The notes beneath the pieces are model-generated. The model was not told the origin of the DNA and made no database searches. It saw only the letters and a list, made by a program, of their open reading frames with translations. DNA of 64,000 nt, from contig CM106586.1 of assembly GCA_048013815.1 (NCBI GenBank), forward strand, positions 20,336,001 to 20,400,000, in the 5' to 3' direction. Made by a program: the position numbers and the translations under genes. Positions within the stretch are counted from its first letter, which is position 1. Every line of letters starts with the position of its first letter. The stretch comes from Setoptus koraiensis. Its lineage: Eukaryota > Animalia > Arthropoda. Positions 45,807 to 58,231 of this stretch are shown in pieces.

Positions 45807-48800
45807 ATGACAATTGAACAACAACAAGTTAACCAATCAAGAATAACTAAAAAAAGTGCCAACAACAACAATAGTGTTAATATGTTAATGAATAAGTTGC
45901 CCATCAGTGGTTGGTTTGCAATGGCTATGCCAATTGCAACACTACTGATAACATCGATCTTGTCACCAGTTGTGGTCATTGCTGGCCAGGTAGCGTCCAG
46001 TCAGCATCAGCAGCAGCCATTTTCCATACATCACCAGAATGTGCATCAGCAGCAGCATCGTCATCACCAGCAGCAGCAGCAGCAACACAACAACATGATT
46101 CAGCAACAACGTCAACAACAGCAACTGGTAGTGAATCACAACAACAACCAGGCCGCTCTAGACAGCAACCTGTACGTGCCCATACCAATAGCGGATGCAC
46201 CTCACATGGCCGAGACGAGTATCAGCAGTCATCACATCAGTAATCCGGCGCAACACGTTGGTTTTATGCCGAAAAACATCCAGATTGCCTACATAAAGCA
46301 ATCGGATTTGCACCAAGTGTTGCTAGAGTCTCTGAAGAGCGACAAATACATCCGGCCCCATTCAAAGACCACATACAGCACCGCTGGAGCGGCCGCAAGC
46401 GCTGCGGTCGGTGGCACCAGCCAGCAAACAGGAAGCAGTCACCACCTTCAGCAGCAATCTCAACAGCAGCAACAGCAACCAAGCCAACAGCAGCAGATTC
46501 AGCAGTATCAGAGCAGCGGTAAGCAGCACGTTGTGACGGGCGCGCCCGCGGCAAGCTGGCCCCAGACATCGCAACAGCAGCAGTCGACTGTGAGCAACCT
46601 GATGCCCGTCGCCTCTTCGAAGGCGAACGGCTCATGGAAGCCCGTGGTGAGTAGCGGCCAAGACACAATGCAAGACAACGACGACAACGGCAGCAGCAGC
46701 ATCGGCGCAAGCAACTCAGCCGACGACGACGACGGATTCGACAGCAAATCGCACATTATGGAACATCAGCATCAGATCAGTAAATCGTCGCTGGCCAACA
46801 AGCCGAGCAGTTTCGTCAATCCGGCGCCCCTATCGAAGAGTCAAATATCGCCAGCGATGCACCTCAAGTTCATGCAGCAAATCGTGCAACAGAATCGCCA
46901 GCCGGCCGTAATAAGCGGCAACAACAACAACTACTATCAACAGCAGCAGCAGCAGCAGACGAGCAAGGCGGCCGGCACAAAGTCCGGCAGCAGCGGCTTC
47001 GGGGCCACCAAATCGCAAACAAAAGAGCGCTCTGTGACGAACGGCACCGGCCAGCCGGCCTCGACCAGCAACGACACGAGCTCTACGCCCGCGCCAATCA
47101 ATCAATTCAGAGCCACTAAGACGGGCTCCGCTGCCCCGTTCGCGGGAGCCTCACAGATGGACATGACAAGTGCGGCGCAAACAGAGTCTCCGCTTGTGCA
47201 GACACAGATGGCGCGCGCCCTGGGCAAGCAAAACAACGCAACGGCCACGTCCGGCCTCGAGATGATGAACGTGCCCGAGTCGGACCTGTCCTCGGACGGC
47301 ATCATAACGGGCCTGAGCTTGGACGAGGTAACAACGACCGAGCCGTCGTCGTCGGCAGTGTCAACAACGCCATCGACCACAACAACAACAACAACCACGG
47401 GCTCGAACGACGCACCGGCGTCGAGCGGCGACACTGAGCCCGCCGCTGCGCCCGCCGGCACAAAGTCACTGTCGTCCGCAAGCAACGCCACCGACACAGA
47501 CCAAGAGTCTGCGGCGGCCACTAGCACGCCCTCGTCGCCCGCCGATTCGCCCGTCACCACAACCTCTGTGCCGCCGCTGTCGACAACAACAACAGCAGCA
47601 ACGGCCTCTGACAGCCAACAGGCGACAGGCGCCGGCGAAAGCGGCGACAACAATTCAGTGACAGTTATAACGGGCAGCTCGCCGTCATCGGCAGTGCCGA
47701 CAGCAACAACAACGACAACGACATCCACAACAACGGCGGCCAGCGCGTCGCCAGCGTCAGGCCAGGGCAGCAAGCAGACGGGCAAGGGTGCCAACGACGA
47801 CAACGACGACATAACGGAAGAAGAATTGATAGATCCCGACTCGTCGCTCATATCGCCATCGACGAATGTGGGCGACGCGCCGGGCGAACAGTCGGCCAAC
47901 ATTCAGCGACAACCGCGCAAAATCGCCAGCCTGGACAAGCTGACGCGACTGAGCAGCGGCAACGCGCTGCAGATCGGTCAGTTGCAGCAGCCAGCGGGCA
48001 AGGGCGGCGAGCTCGCCGGCCCGAGCCAGGTGAAGTCGGCGGCCAAGACGAGCGGTGCGGCACGAAAGTCCGCCAACCAACCAAACGAGCTGGCCGGTCC
48101 GCAGTCGGCGCCCGGCGGCACCAAGTCCGGCAAGCCGGGCAAGCAGCTGGCGAAGCAGGCGGTGCCCGCGAAGCCGACCAAGGGCGCCAACGGTCAGGCG
48201 GCAAAATCACAGCAACAGAAGCAGCAGCAACAGAAGCAGCAACAGCAGTCGCAGCGGCTGCAGCAGCTCGAGCAAATGGACACGATTACGCAACAGCAGC
48301 AGCGCAACATGAGCGCCGACGAGATCGTAATGTCGCCGGTTGCTAGCGTGGCCTCGGCCCAGCAGTTGGTGGCGACGCGCGTGCGAAGCAGCGAGCGCCT
48401 CGTGCAACAGCAGCAGCAGCAGCAGTCGGGTCACAGTCAGAAGTTGCAAAAGTCCGGCTCGCCGCCGCCCACGACAGCGGCCTCGGCCGGCGCGGCCCGA
48501 TCGGCCAGCAAGAGCAAGCAGCAGCAGCAGTCGCAGCAGGGGCGCCGATCGTCCACGAGCACAACAACCACGAGCACGACCACCACCGAGTCGCCCGTTG
48601 CCGACCAGCGGGCCAGGTCGTCGCGCCAGGTCATGCCGGGCTCGGCGTCGGCCGGCAAGCAGCTGCTGCAAATGCTGCTCGCCACGCCGGGCATGTCGCT
48701 TGCGGACGAACTGACCGCTGTCCAGTCGGCCAACTCAATGGCCGGCGGTCAGCAGCAGCTGCAACAGGTGACCATGGCGCACACGCTGGCCTCGTTGTTG

Positions 48801-49389
48801 CGACTGGCCGCCACCTGGGACCAGTGCGCCACGCGGACGCTGCAATTGTCGCCCGCAACGCCAAGCCAGCCAAACAACAACAACAGCAACAACAACAACG
48901 CAAGCAGCCAAAATGCGCCAGCAAACAACGAGCTGGCCGCCGGCAACAATTGGTCGCTGCCGGCCATAGTGTCGTCGCAAATAATGCAACTGGCGCGCCA
49001 ATTGGACGCTGACAAGGCGCTGAAATTGTTCACCCAATGGAAGGACGCCATAGACAACACGCTGGACTTCAACGCTTCGTTCGGCTACACGCTCATACTG
49101 CCCTCCAATGAGGCCATCAAGCGACTTCCGTCGGCCACCATCGACTTGTGGCAGAACAACATCGAGCTGATGTCGCGCATCATCGACAATCACATGCTAG
49201 ACCAGGTGGAGCTCATAGGCGACCAACAACCGTCAAACACAACCGGACAGCCGGACCAAAACCAGACCAGCGCCAGCAACAGGCCCCACCAGCTGATCAG
49301 GAGTAAGATGTTGCAGGTGAACCACTTCAGGGACAAGTACGTCACCATAAACGGCAAGCGGGTTATTTACGCCAACCAGCCGGGCCCAT
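45807..49389 (+). CDS. Fasciclin (FAS1) domain protein (TGFBI/periostin/mfas-like), coding exon 1
   Basis: Signal-peptide-like WFAMAMPIATLLITSILSPVVVIAG; long Q/S/T-rich region; FAS1 H1-like GYTLILPSNEAIKRL and VTINGKRVIYAN; GTAAGT donor at 49390 (phase 1). Start could instead be ATG 45882 or 45888. Confidence 0.85.
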
Positions 49390-52300
49390 GTAAGTACTCG
49401 CGATATTCACAATACTCACGATGCTCGCGATATTCACAATAAATTCACGAGATTCACAATGAGTTCACGAGATTCACAATGTTTGCCATTGCGGAGCGGG
49501 CGTCGGGTAGCCGCAACGGGCGCCATCGCCGAGCCGAGAGAGGCGCCCGACCGGTGCACCGACAAACAATGGCGAGTCGACACGCGGAAGTGAGCCGCCG
49601 ACGGGCGCCCGATCGATGAGCGGCCAATCAATTAGCGGTGGGCGCCCATCGCTCGTTGCTGCGCATTGTGTGCGTAGTGTGTGTGCGTGGTGTGTGCGTA
49701 GTGTGTGTGCGTGTGCAGATTGAAGGGCCATTAAATATTGAGTGGCCGTCTGCGGCCGTCGGCGACGCTGACGCGGTGCAGCGCCAGCGAGCGGGCGAGC
49801 CACAGCGAAAGCGGCCCAGTCTCGAGACTGTCGGCCAGCCCAACGGACAATGTGACAGCTCCACTGGCATCGCTTGTGTCCGGCGCTATTGGCCGGCGGC
49901 CAGTGCGGCGGCGGCGCCAGGCCGGCCACGGCGGAAGTGGCGCTGAGCGACTTTGCGCGGCCCGCAAACCGCTCGTCGGTCGTCGGTCGTCGTGGCTACC
50001 GTCGAGAGTGGCTACCGTTGAGCTCAAAGTGGCCGCCGCTCAAAGTGGCCACTGTCACTCAGCGGACAGCGGTCGGGTTGCAGCCCATGACGACTAATTG
50101 ACTAGCACGCTCGTAATGAAAAATTAGCAGTGCTCACTAATTGCTCGGACAGCAACTTTTTGTCCGCAACGCTGCCCATCTCGGCTCACCTGTCCGCCGT
50201 CTAAGTGCTGCATCACTTTGGCCGCTTTCGCTGTTTGGCCGTCTCTTTGGGCACCGTCTCTTTGGGCAGCGTCTCAGCAGCCGTCTCGGCAGCCCGCGCC
50301 GGGCCGCGCCGCGCTCACTGTCGCGCAGCCAAGGGTCAATTCAATATCAGGCGGCTATAATGCGGCCACAATGTGATGCGTTGCTGGACGCAGCGGCCAG
50401 TCAGCGCCGAGCGGCCGAAATTGGCTGTCAAACAAAACAACCATGGACAGAATAATGGCGAGCGAGTCACTTTGTTGCTCTGCTGTGCGCTCGCTGCCAT
50501 TCTCGCGGCCCATTGGCCGTTTTGTGCGGCGTTCAGGTGAGCCCAGGACAGCGACATACAGCATAGTGACGTAATGTAACCTGCTAATATTGCTATATAT
50601 ACTGCGCTATTGTGTGTGTGTACACTAAATCAGACGCGCCAGTCAGTATATTGCTCGGCGGCGGCGGCAGCAATAAATTTGCATCTTGTCGGCCGATACT
50701 AAATCCGTTGTTGTTGGCGTTGTTCTCACTCACTTGTCATGTGACGGCAACTGTTGCATCACGACGAACAGCCCAGTGTGTGTGTGTGTGTGATGCTGAT
50801 GGGATCACTTTGCACGGCTGTTAGGTCGTAACAACAGCAGTCGCTTAAACGTTCGCTTATCTCGTCCATCGCTCGCAGTTGAGCGAACCGCCGCCGCCGT
50901 CGCCGCCGCCGTCGAGTCATGTTATGCGATCTTGCGTCGCCTTGCGCAGCGAGCGCTACGTGAGAGTTACGTAACAATTTGCGACTAACAAAGCGCCGGC
51001 CACGACGACGCAAACCAAATTAGGATGAAATGTTGGCCGCCACTGCCGCATCACATGCCGTGGCCGTCGCTGTTGCCGTCGCTGTTGTTGTTGCTGCGCT
51101 GGCCCGCTGATCGCTGGCGAAAGTCGGCTGTCCCAATGGCCGAGAATGGCCGACACTGGCCGCTCGGCGCCGCAATTGTTAATGGGCGCCCTGTCTGGGC
51201 AGCCGGACTCGGTCTGGCTGCAGCAGCATGAACAATGACAGCGCGCACAGCTAACAAAGCTGCGGTTTGCTCGGGGAGACTCTGCGGTGTCCTCACTCTA
51301 GCTTCCTCCTCCGACAACAACGACAACAACAACAGCAGCAACAGCAACAGCAACAGCGACATCAGCAACAGCGACATCAACAACAGCGACAGCAGCGACA
51401 GCGACAACAGCGAAGACGACAACAACGGCGCCAAAACGGATTTAGTATCGGCGTAACAACGATATTGCGTAACAGTCAGTGTAATGTTGCGCGGCAGTGA
51501 TGTTGCGCAACAGCGATGTTGCGGTGTGCGGACGATGCAGGCCGCGGTGCCGCCATCAGTGAGCCATCTTCCGCCTGCAGCGGCGGCCAGCCAGCGGACG
51601 CCAATTATCCGCGGACGAGAGCGAGGGCGCGCATCCGCATTGATGGTGGCGATTGTGCCGTCTGTCGCGCTGGCTAAAACTCTAAAACTGCCAGCGCACT
51701 GTCCAACGGCGACCGCCGCTGACCGTCCAACAGCAACCAGCGGCAACAGCAACAGCGACAGCAACCAACAGCAACAGCAGCAGCAGCAGACACAATGACA
51801 GTTGACAGTTGATAGGCGAAAGTTAACGGTTAATAGTTAACGCTTAGCCGAGATAATGGTAATAATAATATTCAGTTGCGCAAGCGGCCGCATTCACTTG
51901 ACACGGTCACTTTCACTGGCTGGCCAGTGCGCCTGCGCACCTGCAATTATTACCTGTGTTACCTGATTACCTGTTGCTGTTACATCAGCAGCAGCAGCAG
52001 CGGCAGCAGCAGCGGCGCCAGCAACAGGTGAGCGGGCCGGTGCGGCTGTTCGTCGGGCTGCCGGGCTGTCAGCTGGCCGGTTGCATCTTGTCCATAAACA
52101 GAGAGCGAGAGTGAGTCTTGATATTAAATAGATAATAGATAAACTTAAATAGATGGACGCTCGATGCAGGGCAAGACAAAGAGCGTTTAATCAAGTGTGC
52201 AAATTGCAGTTTGCGACGCACCGATCAGCCGAGGCGACGCACACTTTGGCCACATTCGAGCGGACAGTGGTCAGTGGTCAATTGAATTGAGCGATTGGCC

Positions 52301-55300
52301 TCTCCTACTGGCTGGGCAACGATCGCGCCAGCGGCCAAACCGTTCGCTCGGGCACCGCACAATCGGACGGCTCAAATTTGATTGGTTGCCAGCTGAGCGG
52401 GCTGCTGCCGATTGTCCGATTGGCAATTGTGACTCTCGAATTGCGACTCTCGAATTGTGACTCGCAATTGGTGAGGCCGCGACCGGCACATAAGGCACCC
52501 GCTCACAACGTTGCCGTCGTTGGAGGTCCGGCCGGGCCGCTTATCTCGGCCTGTCAGATCTAACCTCCGATCATCGCAGTGCGGCGTGTTTGAGCGTCTA
52601 TCTAAGTGGGCCATCTCGCAACTGTGTCCCCGCATGCCGACACTTGGACGCACCGGCACATCGGCGCATCGGCACACCGAGCGGCCGTCGGTACGGGACA
52701 CATCGACACACTTTGGCCGGTCGCCTGCACAGTGTCCAGTGGCCACATTGCGTTGCCAACGACCGATTCCGATCGAAGCCGTGGGGCGCCCGGCCGGCTG
52801 GCCTTGGACTGACCGCTGCTCAGAGTGGCCACTGCGGCCACTCTGACATCTTGTCAGTGACAAGCGCAATCGTCGCGCAGCCGGCGCCTGTGCCCATCTT
52901 CGACGAGCCCAATGGCCGGGCCGGGCCGGCCCGTCCCGTCATCGGGCGGCGCCGCGTGAGCCAAGTTGCCCCGGGCGCCTCTCAAGCGTGCGTCGCTCGC
53001 TTGCGGGCGCAACAATGACAACAACGCATTGACAACAATGAAAAGGATAATTTGGCGATAATTGCATTGTTGCGCAACAGTCGCAACAGTTGTTGGCAAG
53101 TTCGCCGTCCGGCTCTGAGAGCGTCGCTCGCAGTTGGCGAGTCAAGCGAGCCAACTGGAGCTCTCGCTGTGCCTGCCGTTGTCACAATGGCTGCATTTTG
53201 GCCGCAAAACGCTGCCAAAATGCAAAACCGGCAGCGATTGTGTGTCGGCTTTGTTGTGGCCGTTGTTTCTGGGCCGGTTTCTGGTATTGCAGCCAGCCAG
53301 TGCGACGGCCCGCGCCGAGACGGCCGGCGCAACCGGCGGCCCGACCGAGGAAGAGAGCGCAGGGCGCTAATTAGCGGGTTCCCGACGATGACAGTGGCCG
53401 CGCGCTGCGCTGGCCGGTGAGTGCGGCCTCTGAGTTTGGCAGCTCGCTTCGGAATCGCTTGAATGGCAAGAATTTTCGGAATGGCGCTGTGCCGCACGCC
53501 ATTCCAAAAATTGGCGAGCTGGTTGTCGCTAAACTGCAGCGTGCAGCCTGCAGTTTGGCCAGTATTGGCCAGTATTGGCCGTCATTGTTGTCATTGTTGT
53601 CGGGCGAGCTGGTCGCGCCGCCGCCGCTTGAGTCAAGCGGCTTCACCAGTCAGTGGGTCAGTGGCAGCGGTCGAGCTCAATCGGGACGATGGACGCGGCC
53701 GGCGGCGAGGATGCGGCGCGCGGACGACAACAATGCCCGCAATTGTCGGCTGGCTCGTTGTCGCCCACTTTGCATGATTGCGGCCCGACAATTATCCTTG
53801 TTTGTTCATTGGGCAGTGCCCAACGATGTGTTTTGCAGCGGCCGCCGGGGCTATTATTTGCAGATCGCGTCCGCCAGATAAGCGCTCGGATCGGAGCAGC
53901 GTGCGTGCATTTGCATTTTGCAGCTCGATGCGACGAGTCACACAATGATGCGAATCGCGTTTGCGCCGCCGATTGACAGCCGCCAGACATGACAGCCAGT
54001 GTCAAGGGTCGCTCATCTGGTCACCTGATCAGTGGTCAATCGTTTGTTTTTTGGTTGCTCTTTGGGCCGGCCGGCCGAGGCAGTTGCGTCATTGTTGCGC
54101 ATCGGCCGGCCGACAACAATAACGGCCGCTTGTTGAGCAGAGTTGTCGCTGCTTGCGATTGTTTCAGCGCTGCTCGGGCACGAACGGTCGCACAAACGAT
54201 GCGGCGCTGTCATCGTGCTCGCGACAGGGCAAATCGCCAATTCGAAGGGCCTGTCGAGCGTTGGAACTTTCGATCGATGCCGCCGATCGGCAGCATCGAG
54301 CTCGAGTGGGCCAGTTCGAAGCCGCCACCGGCCAATTCGGCCAATCCGAGCTCGAAGCGGCCACCGGCTAAACGTTGTGCGTGCTCGGCCGGCGTTTCGC
54401 AACAAATTGTGGCTCGGCGCCGAAAACAAGGCCAAATTATCCGTTGTTTGCGATATTGGCGACCCGTTTTGCAGCGCACGCACACGACGAGCCGGCGAAA
54501 CAATGAGTCCGACTCTCAACCTCGAGAGTCTCGGCGGCACGCAATCGCAGCAGCGGCCGCAATCGCGCTGTGGCCAGATAACGGCCACAGTTGCTTCCAT
54601 TGCGACCAATTCGCTTCTGCGTCCCATTCTGCGTTTGACTGCGTCCGAATCTGCGCTTGACTGGTGAACGTCGCGCCGAGACGGGCCAGGCTGGCCGCAC
54701 AAGTTGCGCGGGGGCGCAAGCCGGTGACACTTGTCGGCGGGCCGGCCATTGTGTTCCGGTCATCGGTTGCGACTGGCAAGTTGGCGCGACCGACGGCCGC
54801 TGCAAGCCCTTGGTCGACTTGATCGACCGCTGATAGTTGATAGCGCCGGAAAGGACTTTCGTTTCGGCGGCGCTGAAAGTGGACGCGCCACCGACTGTCC
54901 GCAACGGAGTGTTCGCTTACAAATTGCGTAATACAATGCATCGCGCGACGTATAATGGGCATGCCAGCGATCATATACGAAAATGCGATCAGATAAAATG
55001 CGCTCGACAGTGTCGAGTCGACACAATGCAACAGACAGAAAGAGACAGACAGAGTCAACAGGTTGCTGCGATCAGTATCAACTCGCTCGCTTGCGGCCGC
55101 CATTCATGGCATTCAATGGATTCGGGCCATTTCGTTGGCGGCACATTCGGCGCACCGAGTGCACGGTGTTGCAATAAACTCACAATTGTCAGATCGGCGG
55201 CCGGGCATCGTTAACGCGATCGCGCCGTCCGATCATCAGACTCTGATCGCGATGATGCAACAGACTGCTGCGTTAATGGGACGCCGGAATTGATTGCTTG

Positions 55301-58087
55301 TTGCGCCGCATCTATTCAGGCTGCCGCATCAGTTTGGCGCTGGCTTCAATGGATGCTCGCCAGTTGGCTTGCCAGCGATCACACTGACCGTTAGCGACTG
55401 ACCGTTGGCGACTGACCGTTGGCGACTGACCGTTGCTGACTAACGAGAGTGCAGATCTGGCGCGCGATACGAGCTAGGCCGGCCAATAAGCGCGATATGA
55501 ATTTCATATTATGAAATGTGCGCCCGTCTTGTTGGCCGGTTGTTGGGTGTGCGTCGTTGCGCATTGTTGATTGACTGAATTGTCGGATTGTCGGGCCGCT
55601 GCCAAGGGGGCCTCACGAACGGGAGCGGTCAGCGCGCCGACTCTCGAACGGCCGAGCTCGCCGACGTCCGAACCCGCGAGCGTCCGACTCGCCGACGTCC
55701 GACTCACCGACGTACGACTCACCGACGTACGGACCCGCGAGCGTCCGACTCGCCGACGTCCGGCCGTCCGACAGCTCGGCAGTTCGGATGAGTGGCACTT
55801 GTCGATTGTTGGCCCGAGCGGTGGCTGGCCGCTTGGCGGCCGGGCAAAATCGATTAAAATTGTGAGTGGCTCGCTTATTTGGTCTGCTGAGCGGATTATT
55901 ATTGTTAACGGTTGGCGTTGGTGATTAAAGTTGTGGCAACGCAACAAAGGGCCGTCTATTATTTTTGCGCCGAGATAAACATAAAAGTTGCAGTTTATGT
56001 TGAAGTATGATGTTGATGAGCTGCCATGAGACTGCCGGCCGCAACATATTAAAATGGACGGACGCCAATATCGGCAAAGTAAGAGCCAATAATGAGCCAA
56101 TATTGAGCCAATAATGCCGGCCATTTGAATATTAATGAGAAAAAGTGAGCCATGCAAAGTGTTGCCATGTTGCCATTTTGGCACATGCCAACTGGAGCAT
56201 TTACCTGTCCGTCGGCCGGAGCCGGACATTTGCTGGCCGCAGCAGAAATTCATTGTGTGTGCGCATGTCTATTTGTGATGTCTATTTGTGATGTCTATTT
56301 GTGGTGTCTATTTGAGGCTCGCTCGCTGGCTTGATTGGCCGAAATTGATTGGCCCGCTTGTGTCGAGCCCATCTCAGGCCCTATCAAGCCATCTCAAGCG
56401 AGCCTAATGGGCAATATTATTATGCAAATATCAATCCCTGCGAGCGCCATCGTTTCAGCAAATCGATTCTAGAGCGGCCATTCAAGCTGGCGCGAGCTCG
56501 GCCACTCGCCTACGTTCGGGCGTCGAGCCCAATATTGGCAAATGTTGTGTCGCCGCTCAATATCTGGCCGAAGCACAGCAACGGTCGCAGTCTGACGGCA
56601 GCGAACGGCTGCGAACGGCTCCCAGAGGCCCCCAGCGGCCCCCAGCGGCTCTAGAAGGCACACAAGTGGCTCTGACAGGCACAGAAATGGCTCTGACAGG
56701 GACTGGCAAATGCCATCGTGTGTCATGGCAGTGACGCCGATTCAAGGATGACGCAACGGCAACCGCAACGGCAACAGCCCTGTCAGAATGGCTCGGCGGC
56801 CACTTGACACTCGGCAAGTGTTATGACGGGCCCATGGCGAGCAATAATGAGCCGAAAACAAGTGCTCTCAATGAGCTAATTGATTCTTCATTGGCTTCAT
56901 CCATCATCGCTGGCCATCGCTCTCATCGCTTATTATTATCATGGCTCGTTGTCAGCATCGCTTGTTGTTATAATCGCAACTTATTATTAGCAAGTGCCAT
57001 TACCGTCCGTCCGTCTCACTGTTCGGCTGTTCGGCTGTTCGGTCGTTCGGCTGTTCGGCTGCTGTTCGGTTGTTGTTCGGCTGCTTGCTTGCGATGCTTG
57101 AATGATAATAATCGGACACGACGTCGTGACATCGTTTGCATCTCGCCAATCGTTTCGCGTCTCGCCACTGTGCGCCGCCAGTCAGTCGGTCAGTCAGTCG
57201 TTCAGTCAGTCGGTCGGTCTGTCAGTCCGTTTGTTTGTTTGTTTGTTTGCTCGCTTGTTTGCTGGCTAATCGGACAGTCGGACCTGTCAAACTGTGCCAA
57301 TGAATACGCAAGCGAGCCAGTGGGCGTCGCTGCCACTTTGAGGGCCAATCTATCATTCGGCGAGCTCATTTAATTGGCGCGTCGGAATTATGCTCGCTCG
57401 CTTCTTATTGGCCTCTCATTCGCTTCTCACTCGCTGCTCATTCGCTTCTCGTTCGTTGCTCATTCGCTGCTTATTCGCCTCTTATTCGCTCCTTGTTCGC
57501 CCATCGGCCAGCCAGCCACACGGCCAACTCTGCACCTCATGGCTGCACCTCATGGCTGCACCTCATAGCAGCACCTCATAGCAGCACCTCATGGCAGCAG
57601 CTCGTAGCAGCACCTCATGGCATGCACCACATAGCGTACAGTAGTAGTGTGGTATGCAGCGGGCCCTGTTGCGTAACAGGTTGCGCAACAGCCCAATACG
57701 AACGCATGACGATAATTGGTGTTAATTGGGCACCCTGCGCGCTGACTGTCATTGGCGCTCATTATGTGCAGTCACTGTGTGCAGTGGTGCGCCAGTGAGC
57801 ACGCCAACAACCGATAACCGACGACAGCATGCCAACTATTTAGCGTGCACATAATTAAGTGGCACACATTACGAACATGACACATTATGTAACATAAGTT
57901 ATGTAACATAAGTTATGTAACAGTAGTTATGTAACATTAGCTATGTAACATAACCAAATACAATTAACACGCTCATGATTAACAAGCACACAACTAACAT
58001 GCTGATAATTGCACCCAATTCGCCCCATTCAATCACCCAATTCGCTATTGGAACACCCAATACGATGAAATGGAATGGAATCAACAG
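49390..58087 (+). other. 8,698-nt phase-1 intron of the FAS1 gene
   Basis: GTAAGT donor and CAACAG acceptor; T|CC joins in frame to GGRIHVIDGVL, completing the FAS1 domain. Confidence 0.85.
57530..57620. repeat. Degenerate 14-bp tandem repeat (GCACCTCATRGCW), ~6 copies
   Basis: Read directly. Confidence 0.8.
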
Positions 58088-58231
58088 CCGGCGGAAGGAT
58101 ACACGTCATCGATGGAGTGCTGGACCAGGCGACCAATAAAGACATTATGCAAACGCTGAAGAATTGCGACAGATTTGATGGTTTTGTAACACTAGCAGAA
58201 GGCACGGGCTTGTCAACTATTTTAAGCCAAG
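58088..58231 (+). CDS. FAS1-domain protein, coding exon 2 (gene apparently continues beyond the window)
   Basis: GGRIHVIDGVL is the FAS1 H2 motif; DIMQTLKNCDRFDGFVTLAEGTGLSTIL resembles the start of the next FAS1 domain; GTGAGT donor at 58232; no further exon recognised up to 64000. Confidence 0.88.
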
